64,000 bases of DNA, from the NCBI GenBank assembly GCA_950097015.1, contig CATNEN010000034.1:3286001-3350000 (forward strand). The letters run 5' to 3'. The stretch is from Macrostomum hystrix (Eukaryota > Animalia > Platyhelminthes). The notes beneath the pieces are model-generated. The model worked only from the letters and a program-made list of their open reading frames with translations. It made no database searches and was not told the DNA's origin. Shown piece after piece: positions 40,422-53,893 of the stretch (within the stretch, counting starts at the first letter, position 1; each line of letters begins with the position of its first letter). Made by a program: the position numbers and the translations under genes.

Positions 40422-42214
40422 CTGAAACGGTTCAAGTGTGAGCGCATTGATGCGGACTGGTTCCAGCTGTGACAGGCGGGCAGGGGGGAGCTGGTTGAGA
40501 AGGCGCTGAGTCTGGGAGCAATAACAGACTCGTGCATTATTCAAATTATCGGGGATCGGGCAGGTGAGAGCGAGTACACACCAGCTGGGGAGTCTGAGAA
40601 ACGCCCCCGCCTAAAACAGCCTTAGCAGAACGGCTACAAAACTGTGTTGGAGCCGCGCCAACTGGCGCAAAAGAATTGGCGGTCGTTATAAAGAAAAGAG
40701 AGAACAAAACCCCTAACCCTCAATGGAGTCCTAGCCCAGTGTTAGTTCTCAAAAGTTTTCCTAGCATTAATTCTATATTGTATATTGAGCAGTATAGAGA
40801 CCCAGGTGAGGCAAAATAAGTCCGCTAGTGAAGGATCCTCTGCATCTGGAGGTAGCGTGCATTGATTTTTTCAAGGTTTTCATTTTCCTGTCGGGGTCCG
40901 CCAGTTTTTGACACCTCTCTCTCTGGCAGCAGCAGCAGCCAGTGGCGGCCGATGCCTCCAAAGTAAAAAACAAATGGCCATTGAGAATCGACCCAGGCCA
41001 TGTGTTACGCAATCAAACAATTGAGCAGCCCAGCTAAGCAGAAAAGGAAAAAACAATGACGAAATATCTTCCGCTGATGCAGCATGTCCCAATTGCTAAG
41101 CTAAGCCGACTCAAGTCTGAATTTATTCATCTTATTCTTCCCACTGTCGGAGGGCCGCCTAGGCAAATTCAAAATTCATCCATTCCCAATGGGCTGGGGG
41201 GATGGAGGAAGTGGCGACTCAGTCTCCCCACCTCCCGGAACCGTCGCGCGAGGCCGCAGTCCCGTCTGGTCCTGTCATTATCGGTGCCGCACGGGGGGCA
41301 TTCTGATACGGAGGCCGGGACGGAGACGGAACAGAGGAAGTTGAGAACAAAACTACCAGATCCCTACCTTAGTTGGGATTCTCGGGTGCCATTGGGGAGG
41401 GGTGGGTCCACCGCTTCCTAATTCCGCAGCTCCGCCTAAACAGTCTATTATTCTCATTCTGTCTTCAATACATCTTCCTCTATAAGTCGCTTCCTCCCGC
41501 ACTAAGGTGGGAATTAGGGACCCTTTGTATGCGCGTGTAACTCAGGGGGCCTGAAATTTGTCTGCTACTGCTGCTGCTGCTGCTGCTGCTGCTTGCAGTT
41601 GCTTGCCAATGAAGTGGTGAAAAAAATACTTAAAAACCAATTTCTTGCTTTCCGCCGCATTGTGCTGGGCCCCAACCATCCCCAACTCTTATACTAAATT
41701 TTTCTATTTTTCAGCAAATTGCCCGGCCGCCAAGGACGCCACCAGTCCAGTTCTATCCTGAATGCCCATGCAGCTATACTGCTGCTCACACACTCATCTC
41801 CTTGACGCGAGATGGCTTGAATGCTTGGGTGTTTGAGTCCCTTTAGATTCCACTCGGCATTGTTAAGAAGCCTGTTTGAGAGCTGGCAGGAATAGGCATA
41901 AAAAATTAACTAATAATTTTCTATCAATTCCGAGGACCCTGACCAGAAGCAGAAAATGTCTTTCACCGACTGCCTGGGTTTTTTCGCTTCATTCATTCAT
42001 TCTCCTTTGGAGGACAATGGCTGCTGTATGACTTTGATACACGATGGCTAAGTGACTTTATTGAGTCGTGTCTTTTAACAATGCTAGCTAGTTTTTTTCT
42101 GTAAAATACACAATAAACTTTTGCTTTTCTTTCCTGGAAATCGCCTGTTTTATTTCGGTTGCTAATCTGCCAGATTTTGTTCAGAATATCGACTTCATAT
42201 TATGCTAATGACTT

Positions 42215-42770
42215 GACTAACCCACCTCAGAGATTGATTAACCCACCTCAAAGATTGATTAACCCACCTCAAAGATTGATTAACCCACCTCAAAGATTGA
42301 TTAACCCACCTCAAAGATTGATCAACCCACCTCAAAGATTGATTAACCCACCTCAAAGATTGATTAACCCACCTCAAAGATTGATTAACCCACCTCAAAG
42401 ATTGATTCAACCCACCTCAAAGATTGATTAACCCACCTCAAAGATTGATCAACCCACCTCAAAGATTGATTAACCCACCTCAAAGATTGATCAACCCACC
42501 TCAAAGATTGATCAACCCACCTCAAAGATTGATTAACCCACCTCAAAGATTGATCAACCCACCTCAAAGATTGATTAACCCACCTCAAAGATTGATCAAC
42601 CCACCTCAAAGATTGATTAACCCACCTCAAAGATTGATCAACCCACCTCAAAGATTGATCAACCCACCTTAAAGATTGATTAACCCACCTCAAAGATTGA
42701 TCAACCCATCTCAAAGATTGATTAACCCACCTCAAAGATTGATTAACCCACCTCAAAGATTGATTAACCC
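42215..42770. repeat. 21-bp minisatellite, about 26 copies
   Basis: Unit aacccacctcaaagattgat(t/c). Confidence 0.96.
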
Positions 42771-44379
42771 AAAGATTCATTCACCCGTTTAAAGAAAATC
42801 AGTTTTAGGTACTAGTCAAACTGTTAAAAACTGTTTATGGAACAATCTAACAATTAACAAGCCAGCTAGTTAGTCGCTCGTTTTGAAATTGTTCGCATAG
42901 TAAATTATTTTCGTCCTTAGAAAACGAGGCAATGCGCCCAGACAAAGTCCTATAAATGCCAATTCGGGTGTTGCTAATTAGCCAGGGCAATCTATTTTCT
43001 TCTCCTTCACAACGAAAGCCTCCATGACTGTAAATATTCGTACAAGAGAGAAAACTAATGCTTTATAGTGTTTTATCTCGCAGGTACAAAGATCATACAC
43101 CTGGGCCACACAGACTTGGGAAGTGGAGGATGTTTCAGGGATTTGGACTGAGAATGTCGCCCTACAGATATGAATTCTATGACTGCGGATTTTGCTGACT
43201 TCCAGACACAGCAGCACAGCTGCAATATCTTCTTTTTCAAAGCATTAAATGGTCTGGCCCCCCATATAGCATCATAGCGCAGACTGTCAACTGAACTGGG
43301 CCATTGGGACGGGGTTGGGAGCGAAAGCCAGGAACAACTATATGATAAAAAATTGTAAGCAAAATGTTTGGAAGACGCAGAAGAGAGAGAGAAGGGAGAG
43401 AACAAGAAGCGCATAGCTAGTTGCCAACCCCGCAACTTCGATGCGAAACTGTGATAACAAAAATATTTCCTTTTGCCCATTTTCGCTCGGGCTTGCTTGC
43501 CTGATAGCTTCTGCTTCTAAAGGTGGGTGGACGGATTGCTTTTGGCGGATGGGAGTCGCTGTTTGGTGGACAAATGTCATAGCAGGTTGGTTCCCGACCA
43601 CAAAACTCCCGGCCATGCAATAGCAGATGATGTTGATACGGCATTAGCAACAGCAGCAGCAGCAGCTGCAGCTGCAGCAGAAGCAGCCGTGGATCAAAAA
43701 ATATTAGACAAGTTCACTCTGATTCTCGATCAGTTGTGCGCTAACACAACTATTGGGCCTATCGATCAGCACTGATACGTATTGGAGTCAACCAAGCTGT
43801 TTTAATCTAGCTTTATTCGGCTTTGCTTGGAGTTAGAAATTGAAGGTAAACTAACTAAAGATCTGTAACTACACATTTAACAGCGTATCTCACTTTGTTC
43901 TCAAAGCACTGCTCAAACTGCAGCCAGCTAGGAAGGAATGCGGCTTTAAAAAATAGCGAGAAATCAACAGACTCAACATAGTAAAATAGATTTTTCTCTA
44001 AAACAAAAACTTATCAGGCCCTTCATATCTTGGAAATAGCGCTGAAGTGTATTTTTGTCAGTTTTTTCTCTCTTGCGGGAATAGGAAAATTAGCAGCGAA
44101 AAACTATTAGAAATGATCGCTGCGCGAGGACGATAGATTGAGAAGTTAAGAACGGCCGCCCATTCAGACAGCTAGTAATAACCACTCATTTGGCTTCAGA
44201 TAAGGCAAAATCTAATATACTAGCCTAAAGCCACATGGACTCCTGCACACAGCCTAAATGTGACTGCAATAGTACACAGAGCGAATAGCAATGCAACGAG
44301 TCACCTTTATAACTGTGGGTCATACACTGAAGGGTAGCAAATGACTGTATGTTTGGGTGTTGAAAATTCGCTGCTAACA

Positions 44380-46040
44380 ATAAGCTGACCATCTGTGATC
44401 CCCTACCTGATTATCAGTCACCTGATATCGGATCTGGGATAAGCTGACCATCTGTGATCCCCTACCTGATTATCAGTCACCTGATATAGGATCTGGGATA
44501 AGCTGACCATCTGTGATCCCCTACCTGATTATCAGTCACCTGATATCGGATCTGGGATAAGCTGATCATCTGTGATCCCCTACCTGATTATCAGTCACCT
44601 GATATCGGATCTGGGATAAGCTGACCATCTGTGATCCCCTACCTGATTATCAGTCACCTGATATCGGATCTGGGATAAGCTGACCATCTGTGATCCCCTA
44701 CCTGATTATCAGTCACCTGATATCGGATCTGGGATAAGCTGACCATCTGTGATCCCCTACCTGATTATCAGTCACCTGATATAGGATCTGGGATAAGCTG
44801 ACCATCTGTGATCCCCTACCTGATTATCAGTCACCTGATATCGGATCTGGGATAAGCTGATCATCTGTGATCCCCTACCTGATTATCAGTCACCTGATAT
44901 AGGATCTGGGATAAGCTGACCATCTGTGATCCCCTACCTGATTATCAGTCACCTGATATCGGATCTGGGATAAGCTGACCATCTGTGATCCCCTACCTGA
45001 TTATCAGTCACCTGATATCGGATCTGGGATAAGATGACCATCTGTGATCCCCTACCTGATTATCAGTCACCTGATATCGGATCTGGGATAAGCTGACCAT
45101 CTGTGATCCCCTACCTGATTATCAGTCACCTGATATAGGATCTGGGATAAGCTGACCATCTGTGATCCCCTACCTGATTATCAGTCACCTGATATAGGAT
45201 CTGGGATAAGCTGACCATCTGTGATCCCCTACCTGATTATCAGTCACCTGATATAGGATCTGGGATAAGCTGATCATCTGTGATCCCTACCTGATTATCA
45301 GTCACCTGATATAGGATCTGGGATAAGCTGACCATCTGTGATCCCCTACCTGATTATCAGTCACCTGATATAGGATCTGGGATAAGCTGACCATCTGTGA
45401 TCCCTACCTGATTATCAGTCACCTGATATAGGATCTGGGATAAGCTGACCATCTGTGATCCCTACCTGATTATCAGTCACCTGATATAGGATCTGGGATA
45501 AGCTGACCATCTGTGATCCCTACCTGATTATCAGTCACCTGATATAGGATCTGGGATAAGCTGACCATCTGTGATCCCCTACCTGATTATCAGTCACCTG
45601 ATATCGGATCTGGGATAAGCTGACCATCTGTTATCCCCTACCTGATTATCAGTCACCTGATATCGGATCTGGAATAAGCTAATGATCTGTGATCCCCTAC
45701 CTGATTATCAGTCACCTGATATCGGATCTGGGATAAGCTGACCATCTGTGATCCCCTACCTGATTATCAGTCACCTGATATCGGATCTGGGATAAGCTGA
45801 CCATCTGTGATCCCCTACCTGATTATCAGTCACCTGATATAGGATCTGGGATAAGCTGATCATCTGTGATCCCCTTCCTGATTATCAGTCACCTGATATC
45901 GCATCTGGGATAAGCTGATCATCTGTGATCCCCTACCTGATTATCAGTCACCTGATATAGGATCTGGGATAAGCTGACCATCTGTGATCCCCTACCTGAT
46001 TATCAGTCACCTGATATAGGATCTGGGATAAGCTGATCAG
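44380..46040. repeat. 59-bp minisatellite, about 28 copies
   Basis: Unit ataagctgaccatctgtgatcccctacctgattatcagtcacctgatat(c/a)ggatctggg. Confidence 0.97.
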
Positions 46041-48662
46041 ACAAGCCGGATATCAGTAATTATGTATATATGTATTTATGTATAGTTATCCCATCTTTTT
46101 AAGCTGGCGAGAATACAGTTTGCTACAATATATTACATAAAATGTATTTGTAGGATATTCCAGTAGTTTTTAATCTGAAAATCTCTAGGATTATAAGCGG
46201 AATGCAGCACATCTAACTCACGTTTTTTCACCGCAGAGCAGTTTTACAAGTTCGACGCGCAAAGTATGCCGTCCTGTTCCAGGGCTGTTTAGGCAGGATT
46301 CTGAGCAACGCGGCTCAATGGCTGAGTTAGGCAGGGGCAGACTAAAGGATATCGCCGCTGTCGAGATTGAGTCGAGTGAGGTGAATTAGTTAGCGCGCGC
46401 GCCAACTTTTAAAATAGGCGCCTTCTGATGGCATTGGACTGGGATTGGTGGGTGGGGTGGCCGTGTTATTGCTTGGAGTGCTGCGGTGGCCGGCCCATTG
46501 CTGACGGAAGTTGGCGAAAATGTCGCCATCCTATTGGTCCGCAGAGTTTTGCAGGTGAGGGGTGGCTACCCCACAGCCACCCCCAGCCAACACGCTAGCT
46601 GCTAAACTATGCCAGACAGTAAATAAACATGCTACTGCAGCAGTCTGTGAACTGTTTTGCCTATCCGGGCACCCTTGATAGCAGTGAGCACGATTTAATG
46701 CGAGTTTGTGCTCCAGCAGAGAATAAACCCAACTGGCTTATCCGCGACCACAGTCTACCAGAACTCATGTTTAAGTGAAGTTTGTGCTCAAAAGTTTAGC
46801 TCAACACTTCCCCCCGTCCAACACACTCCATACCGGCTCTTGCCCGCCCCCCTCGATTGTGTCCTGGGATAGAAAACCGCTTTGTGTTTTCCTCGCTCGG
46901 GATAGCACTGGGGGGGACACCATCTCCCACTCCACGCGGTCCCTACCGGAAGCTGGGGGCGCCAAGTCACTTTTCTCCTCCCTGACGTATCCCTGAATGG
47001 GATAATACAGGGAATCAGGGTGGGCCAGGCCCCGGATCCCCAGATCATCCCGGACCTGGGCCGTGAGGAGTTGAAGGGAAGCTGGGGTGGAGTTGTTGAA
47101 GTTGCGTTGGCTAGCTGGACAGGTTTTTGTGTTGTCCTCATTTTTTAAGGGGAAGCAGAATTTCCCAGATCCCACACAGCCAGCCTTCTTCTTCTTCTGC
47201 AGCAGCAGCAGCAGCAGCTCCATCGCTTCTCCCATGCTGAGCCCATCCGTCTCTTCTGCGTTTCCTCTTGTGAGGCCCCAAACTAAAGCCGGGTCCACCC
47301 CAGTGTCCAATTTTATCAGGGGAATAAGGCCGAGAGTTCCTATTCTTTTTCCTTCCAAAAACTCCCTACTTTGCTTGTTACAGTATCCCAAACCAGCTCT
47401 TTAGTGCCCTCCTACTTTATATACTACCTCCTGACTCCGAGACTCACCGCTGGGGCGTCGACGGGTGGGCCGAGGGAACAATAGGGAACAGGGCGACTCA
47501 GCACCTCCCACCCGGCCATCAACAAGTTGAGAAGGCCTGCCTGCTTAGTAGGGGCACTAAAGTTTCTTTTAAAATGCTTTAATTTCTTCCTACGCAGCGC
47601 CAACTAAATTGGGACTACTTGAAGATGTTAAACTTGTCATCTCGTCAGCCAGCACAAGAATACTCAATTTCTCTCCCAGGCAGCAACAGGCAGAGCGGCA
47701 AATGCTGGCAACAGCTCGCTGCCTTGAATGTAAAAGCTAGTAGGAGCTAGCGATATTAGTGAGTTAACTAGCTTGCTGCTTTTGTAAAGGAGCAAAGAGC
47801 AGTACAACTAGCCGCTCGCTTGCTAGTGTGTGTGTATGTGGCAGCAGCCGTTAATTAGAAGGTATAGGGTTTATCAGCACAAGTCGCGCATTAACAATGG
47901 CCCGATAACCAAGCAATGCGCTCCCGAAGGCCATATCTGTCCACCTCCCCTTTCCACCCTCGCGGCTAACGATGTCTCCGTGAGGCAAAGATCTCGGGCT
48001 GGCGGCTTTCGTATTACAATGTGTTGAGCAGACTCAGGGCGAGGAGGAGTCTAGGAGGGAGGTGGTGATAGTTCGCATCGTTGAGTACAAAGGTGAGCAC
48101 TGAGAGAATTATCGCATGCTAAAAAAGAGAGATGGGACAAATTATCCACAGTCAGTGACTCAAACTGATTAGAGGCAAGCCAATGTAATATATTTAGGGG
48201 TTGAAGGCCATTAATTTACAATGGGGTGAGATTTTTTGTCTGTTCTCATTCAGCCTGTCCGGTAACCCCAATCAAGCAGAAGCTTTGGCAGCGGGAACTA
48301 ATTTTTGCATATAATAAGCAGCGAATATATTAACTACCCAGCCTGACCATGTGCGTCCCTAGCCCCCATCTGCTTAACAGTTGTTAATCTATGAAATTAG
48401 TCCCAATTTATCCGGCCCCTGTACTGCTGAAGGGCTTCAATCCATTCAAGATCGTTGGTGGGTGGTTGATCAACTACTTATAGACCTCTCAGGTAGAACT
48501 GCTTCATCAAGAGCCTGTGAGAGCACACGGCCCACAGCTAGTTAACTTCCTATTGCAAATAGTGGACAAATTTTCACTTGCAAACCTGCAGTGGCTTGTG
48601 CGTGAATCAATTTTTCCTTGCACTGATTGATAAACAAAATGAAATTGTTTAAATAAATCACC

Positions 48663-48727
<65 letters not shown>

Positions 48728-48733
48728 CGCTCG

Positions 48734-48764
<31 letters not shown>

Positions 48765-48802
48765 TAATCTATCTATCTATCTATTAATCTATCTATCTAT
48801 TA

Positions 48803-48861
<59 letters not shown>

Positions 48862-49012
48862 CATCTATCTATCTATCTATCTAGCACATTTTTAGTTGGC
48901 TGCATGTACACTTGTTCATCGTGCCTGCTCAGCCTATCCACTCTCAATACCATTTATTTGTCGCTATAAAAGTCTCGCTCAAACTTCGCTCTCTTCGCTT
49001 CTCAAATAAACG

Positions 49013-49051
49013 GACCCTGACGAAGGCCCAGTAAGGGCCGAAATATTGGTC
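49013..49051 (+). ncRNA. Minimal type I hammerhead ribozyme (Penelope-like/retrozyme type), copy 1
   Basis: GACC-CTGACGA-A-GGCCC-AGTAA-GGGCC-GAAA-TA-TT-GGTC. This gives stem I GACC/GGUC, core CUGANGA, an extra A, stem II GGCCC/GGGCC, GAAA, a palindromic mini stem III (AAUAUU) and a UH site. Confidence 0.8.
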
Positions 49052-49124
49052 GACTGATTCAACTTGCAATTAAGAGAGATTCCTACTCTGTGTGCGTGGT
49101 TTCTTTACATTCGTCTATCTATCC

Positions 49125-49163
<39 letters not shown>

Positions 49164-49263
49164 CATCTATCTATCTATCTATCTATCTATCTATATATTA
49201 ATCAATCTATCTATCTATTAATCTATCTATCTATCTATCTATCTATCTCTCTTCAAATAAACG

Positions 49264-49302
49264 GACCCTGACGAAGGCCCAGTAAGGGCCGAAATATTGG
49301 TC
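49264..49302 (+). ncRNA. Minimal type I hammerhead ribozyme, copy 2
   Basis: Identical to 49013-49051 and offset by 251 nt. Confidence 0.8.
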
Positions 49303-49397
49303 GACAGATTCAACTTGCAATTAAGAGAGATTCCTACTCTGTGTGCGTGGTTTCTTTACATTCGTCTATCTATCTATTAATCAATCTATCTATCTAA

Positions 49398-49437
<40 letters not shown>

Positions 49438-50419
49438 AAGCAATGTCAATTATTTTTATCCGCTTTAAGAAACGGGACCCACTCTCTCTCTGTCTCCCTT
49501 ACGCCCTGTTTGTCTCGTATTGCTTTAAAAAATCAATTTCCTTAGTGGAAATAAAGGTGCCAGTGCAGTGCAGAGGCAACAGGCCAAGTGGGCGAGTTGA
49601 ACAGAAGCTTGTGAGCACCAAATCCTAGTCTTATCCTACTCTGGAGCTAACACACTTGGCTTTCAGGGATTTTGTCCACCCCCACCCGAGAGCTCAAGAT
49701 TTAGCCCTGGCCTCATTCAGTAATCAAGCTGTGCAAGTGACTCCGCAGTTTTTGCAAAATCCCCTAAGCAATACGCCAGTGTTGGGGATATATTGGTTAG
49801 CAGTTAGCCTAGGTCCTCTACCGTTTCTAGCCATAGCGGCGCTATAGAGTGTATTGACAAATCTCTCTTGTTACACACCTGAAAGATATTGAATTATATA
49901 TACCTTCAACTGGCTGCATTGTCGTCAGTCACCGAAGCAACGCGGGATTCGGCCTGGCAAAACGCACCCCCAGCCTGGCCGTATTGTGTGCGGTTGTATT
50001 AGCTGACCTCCCCCCACCCCAACCTACTCAACCCGGATAGCCGAGCTGGGACAATGCTCAGGAATGATCAGGAATGGGGATCGCCAGTTCTCGAACTCAC
50101 ATTGGGACTATTAAATTTTTCCTATTATTATGTAGTCTTTTCGACAAACTCCACAACCATGCCCTAGGCCACTCTTGTGCTGTTCGGAATTGCTAAAACT
50201 GCTCAAAAATATGCTCAGATTTTTTGCTTCGATTTTTTAATAGTTTGCGATGTAATTTTTCTAATGGAAAATTACAACTCTATTATAAAGGGTAAAAAGT
50301 TTACAGCACATTATACTACTAATAGCTCTATAGTAGGCTGTTATGATTGATAGGTTTGCAGTACCCGTGAACCTCGCGGCTGTCAATTCTGTTAGCCCTT
50401 GACAATAGTTTGACATATC

Positions 50420-51350
50420 CAGCTTCCTCCTGACAGATTCTGCTTACTCCTGACAGATTCTGTTTACTCCTGACAGATTCTGCTTACTCCTGACAAATTC
50501 TGTTAGGACTCATGACAGATTCTGTTTACTCCTGACAGATTCTGTTGACTTCTGACGGATTGTGCTTACTCCTGACAGATTCTGTTAGGACTCATGACAG
50601 ATTCTGCTTACTCCTGACAGATTCTGTTAGGACTCATGACAGATTCTGCTTACTCCTGACAGATTCTGTTTACTCCTGACAGATTCTTTTTACTCCTGAC
50701 AGATTCTGTTTACTCCTGACAGATTCTGTTTACTCATGACAGATTCTGTTTACTCCTGACAGATTCTGCTTACTCCTGACAGACTCTGTTAGGACTCACG
50801 ACAGATTCTGCTTACTCCTGACAGATTCTGTTTACTCCTGACAGATTCTTTTTACTCCTGACAGATTCTGTTGACTTCTGACGGATTGTGCTTACTCCTG
50901 ACGGATTCTGTTGCCTCCTGACCGATTCTGCTTACTCCTGACAGATCCTGTTTACTCCTGACAGATTCTGTTTGCTCCTGACAGATTCTGTTTACTCCTG
51001 ACAGATTCTGTTTACTCCTGACAGATTCTGTTTACTCCTGACAGATTCTGTTTACTCCTGACAGATTCTGTTTACTCCTGACAGATTCTGTTTACTCCTG
51101 ACAGATTCTGTTTACTCCTGACAGATTCTGTTTACTCCTGACAGATTCTGTTTACTCCTGACAGATTCTGTTTACTCCTGACAGATTCTGTTGACTTCTG
51201 ACGGATTGTGCTTACTCCTGACAGATTCTGTTGCCTCCTGACCGATTCTGCTTACTCCTGACAGATCCTGTTTACTCCTGACAGATTCTGTTTACTCCTG
51301 ACAGATTCTGTTTACTCCTGACGGATTGTGTTTACTCCTGACAGATTTAC
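50420..51350. repeat. 20-bp minisatellite, about 46 copies
   Basis: Unit ctcctgacagattctgttta. Confidence 0.95.
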
Positions 51351-52104
51351 TCCTCATTAAGATCATATTGCTTATTCTAGTCATAGGTCGCTCCGTTTCT
51401 GACAAAATTTGAGTTTTCCAGCTAATTCTGTGGCTTCAGTTAATCCTTAAGCGGAGTGAATAAGTTTGTGAAATAGCTAGCTATTTGAATACTATTATTT
51501 GTACAGTCATATAAAAGTGGTTCGGCTGATACGGATTATCTGATTCAGATCATTGCAAAAAAAGTGTATATACGGGACACTTTTTTGAATGACGCAGTTA
51601 AACCAACTGCATTATCTAAAGCGGGACATCTTAAAGTAATCCGCTTATTGCTTGAACAATGGACTGAGGGAAATAATAATTTCTTCAAACTCTCCAGTAG
51701 CTGCTGGAGTCTAAAGCTGTGCAGAATTTAATGAGAAAATATATGACACTCGTAGTTGTCAGGAGTTGAGTCAACAGCTGCATGAATAACAGCCAGTGTA
51801 AGGCAGTGACCATATTGCTAACAGCTGCTACTAAAGTAAGATATGGACAATCACAGACTGCTAGCTTAATAACTCACTACCTAAAGTGTTTTGACTACTT
51901 CTGTCTAATAAGTACGAATTATTTTCTGTGTGGGCAAAGCAATGGGCACTTTTTACTATTTGCAGAGTATGTAATTTTTTCTAAATGTTTCTACGAGCTA
52001 ATATAGCTGCAAATATTCTTTCTTCCTATTCTGCCTCCTATTTTGATTAGATACATTTAAAATGTAAAAATCATCATCTGAGTATCCTATCTCACCTATC
52101 TCCG

Positions 52105-52645
52105 ATCTCTCCTCTCTCATTTCTCTTCTCTCTCTTCTCTTCTTCTCCTTTCTCCTCTCTCCACCACTCTCCTCTCTCTTCTCTCCTCTCTCCTCTCTCC
52201 TCTCTCCACCTCTCTCCTCTCTCCTCTCTCCTCTCTCTTCTCTCCTCTCTCTTCTCTCCTCTCTCTTCTCTCCTCTCTCCTCTCTCCTCTCTCCTCTCTC
52301 TCTCTCCTCTCTCTTCTCTCCTCTCTCTTCTCTCCTCTCTCCTCTCTCTTCTCTCCTCTCTCTTCTCTCCTCTCTCCTCTCTCCTCTCTCCTCTCTCTTC
52401 TCTCCTCTCTCTTCTCTCCTCTCTCCTCTCTCCTCTCTCCTCTCTCCACCTCTCTTCTCTCCTCTCTCTTCTCTCCTCTCTCTTCTCTCCTCTCTCCTCT
52501 CTCCTCTCTCCTCTCTCTTCTCTCCTCTCTCCTCTCTCCTCTCTCTTCTCTCCTCTCTCTTCTCTCCTCTCTCCTCTCTCCTCTTTCCTCTCTCCACCTC
52601 TCTCCTCTCTCCTCTCTCCTCTCTCCTCTCTCCACCTCTCTCCCC
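52105..52645. repeat. Polypyrimidine (CTCTC/CTCTCTT)n tract
   Basis: About 540 bp of almost pure C/T on the plus strand. Confidence 0.95.
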
Positions 52646-53224
52646 TATCCTCTTCATCTATTTCTGCTGTATTTAGTAATTTGCCATCTCTTTCGGTTCC
52701 TTCCTCTGTTTTGTCTCTTATTTTCATTTTCGCTTCTCTAGCTTGTTCAGTCTCTACTTTTTCCTTTCATGTTCACCGTTGTCCAAAACAGTATGAATGA
52801 TGCTACTTCAAGTAGTCCGGTGAAGTATTTTGAATCCCACTTTGCATGTTTAATTTAATGAGGCTACGGAAGTGTGAACTTAGCTAGTTGAGGTGCTATC
52901 GACCTCGCTCGGTCTCGGATAATCCCAGACGACTGGGCCTCTTCAGTTTAACAAGATGGCTCACTTCGGAGCCTGACAAATAATAATAATCAGCTGACTC
53001 GGCCAAATGAATCAATTGAAGCGAGTGAGAATGCTAAAATAAAATGGCTTCCAATCACCATGATTGAGTTAATTCCAAGCAATTGGCTTTTCAGAATACA
53101 GCTCGCAATCTCGCAAAGTTAAAGATTCCTAAGAAACCTTAGAAATCCTCAGAATCCGCTCTTAGAGCCTGCTTATAAAAGCGAAAGTTACAAACTAGTC
53201 CATAAGTAGGTTTCATCCAAAATT

Positions 53225-53853
53225 GTCTGTCTGTGCTGGGTGTCTGTCTGTCTGTCTGTGCTGGGTGTCTGTCTGTGCTGGGTGTCTGTCTGTGCTGGGT
53301 GTCTGTCTGTCTGTCTGTGCTAGGTAGGTGTCTGTCTGTCTGTCTGTCTGTGCTAGGTAGGTGTCTGTCTGTCTGTCTGTCTGTGCTGGGTGTCTGTCTG
53401 TCTGTCTGTGCTAGGTAGGTGTCTGTCTGTCTGTCTGTGCTGGGTGTCTGTCTGTGCTGGGTGTCTGTCTGTGCTAGGTGTCTGTGCTGGGTGTCTGTCT
53501 GTCTGTGCTGGGTGTCTGTCTGTCTGTGCTAGGTAGGTGTCTGTCTGTCTGTCTGTGCTGGGTGTCTGTCTGTGCTGGGTGTCTGTGCTGGGTGTCTGTC
53601 TGTCTGTGCTGGGTGTCTGTCTGTCTGTGCTGGGTGTCTGTCTGTGCTAGGTGTCTGTCTGTGCTAGGTGTCTGTCTGTGCTAGGTGTCTGTGCTGGGTG
53701 TCTGTCTGTCTGTCTGTGCTAGGTAGGTGTCTGTCTGTCTGTCTGTGCTGGGTGTCTGTCTGTGCTGGGTGTCTGTCTGTGCTAGGTGTCTGTGCTGGGT
53801 GTCTGTCTGTCTGTGCTGGGTGTCTGTCTGTGCTGGGTGTCTGTCTGTCTGCC

Positions 53854-53892
<39 letters not shown>

Positions 53893-53893
53893 C
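53225..53893. repeat. (TCTG)n microsatellite with gctgggtg/gctaggtagg interruptions
   Basis: Reverse-complement relative of 22303-23088. Confidence 0.95.

Larger units (their letters stand above)
48661..49437. repeat. (CTAT)n microsatellite blocks enclosing two copies of a roughly 120-bp element
   Basis: CTAT runs at 48661-48884, 49113-49248 and 49365-49437. The duplicated unique unit lies at about 48998-49115 and 49249-49365. Confidence 0.95.

Noticed and set aside
33467-46040. Regular 37-, 21- and 59-bp repeats as possible CRISPR arrays
   Set aside because: The units are head-to-tail with no unique spacers, there are no cas genes, and the context is eukaryotic.
43338-47404. Short ORFs with poly-Ala/Ser/Leu runs (43527-43775, 46801-47391, 47087-47404)
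   Set aside because: No recognisable domain or consistent exon chain. They may be UTR or regulatory sequence of the zinc-finger gene.
51998-52727. ER/RE-rich ORFs of about 200 aa
   Set aside because: They are the reverse translation of the CT homopyrimidine tract.
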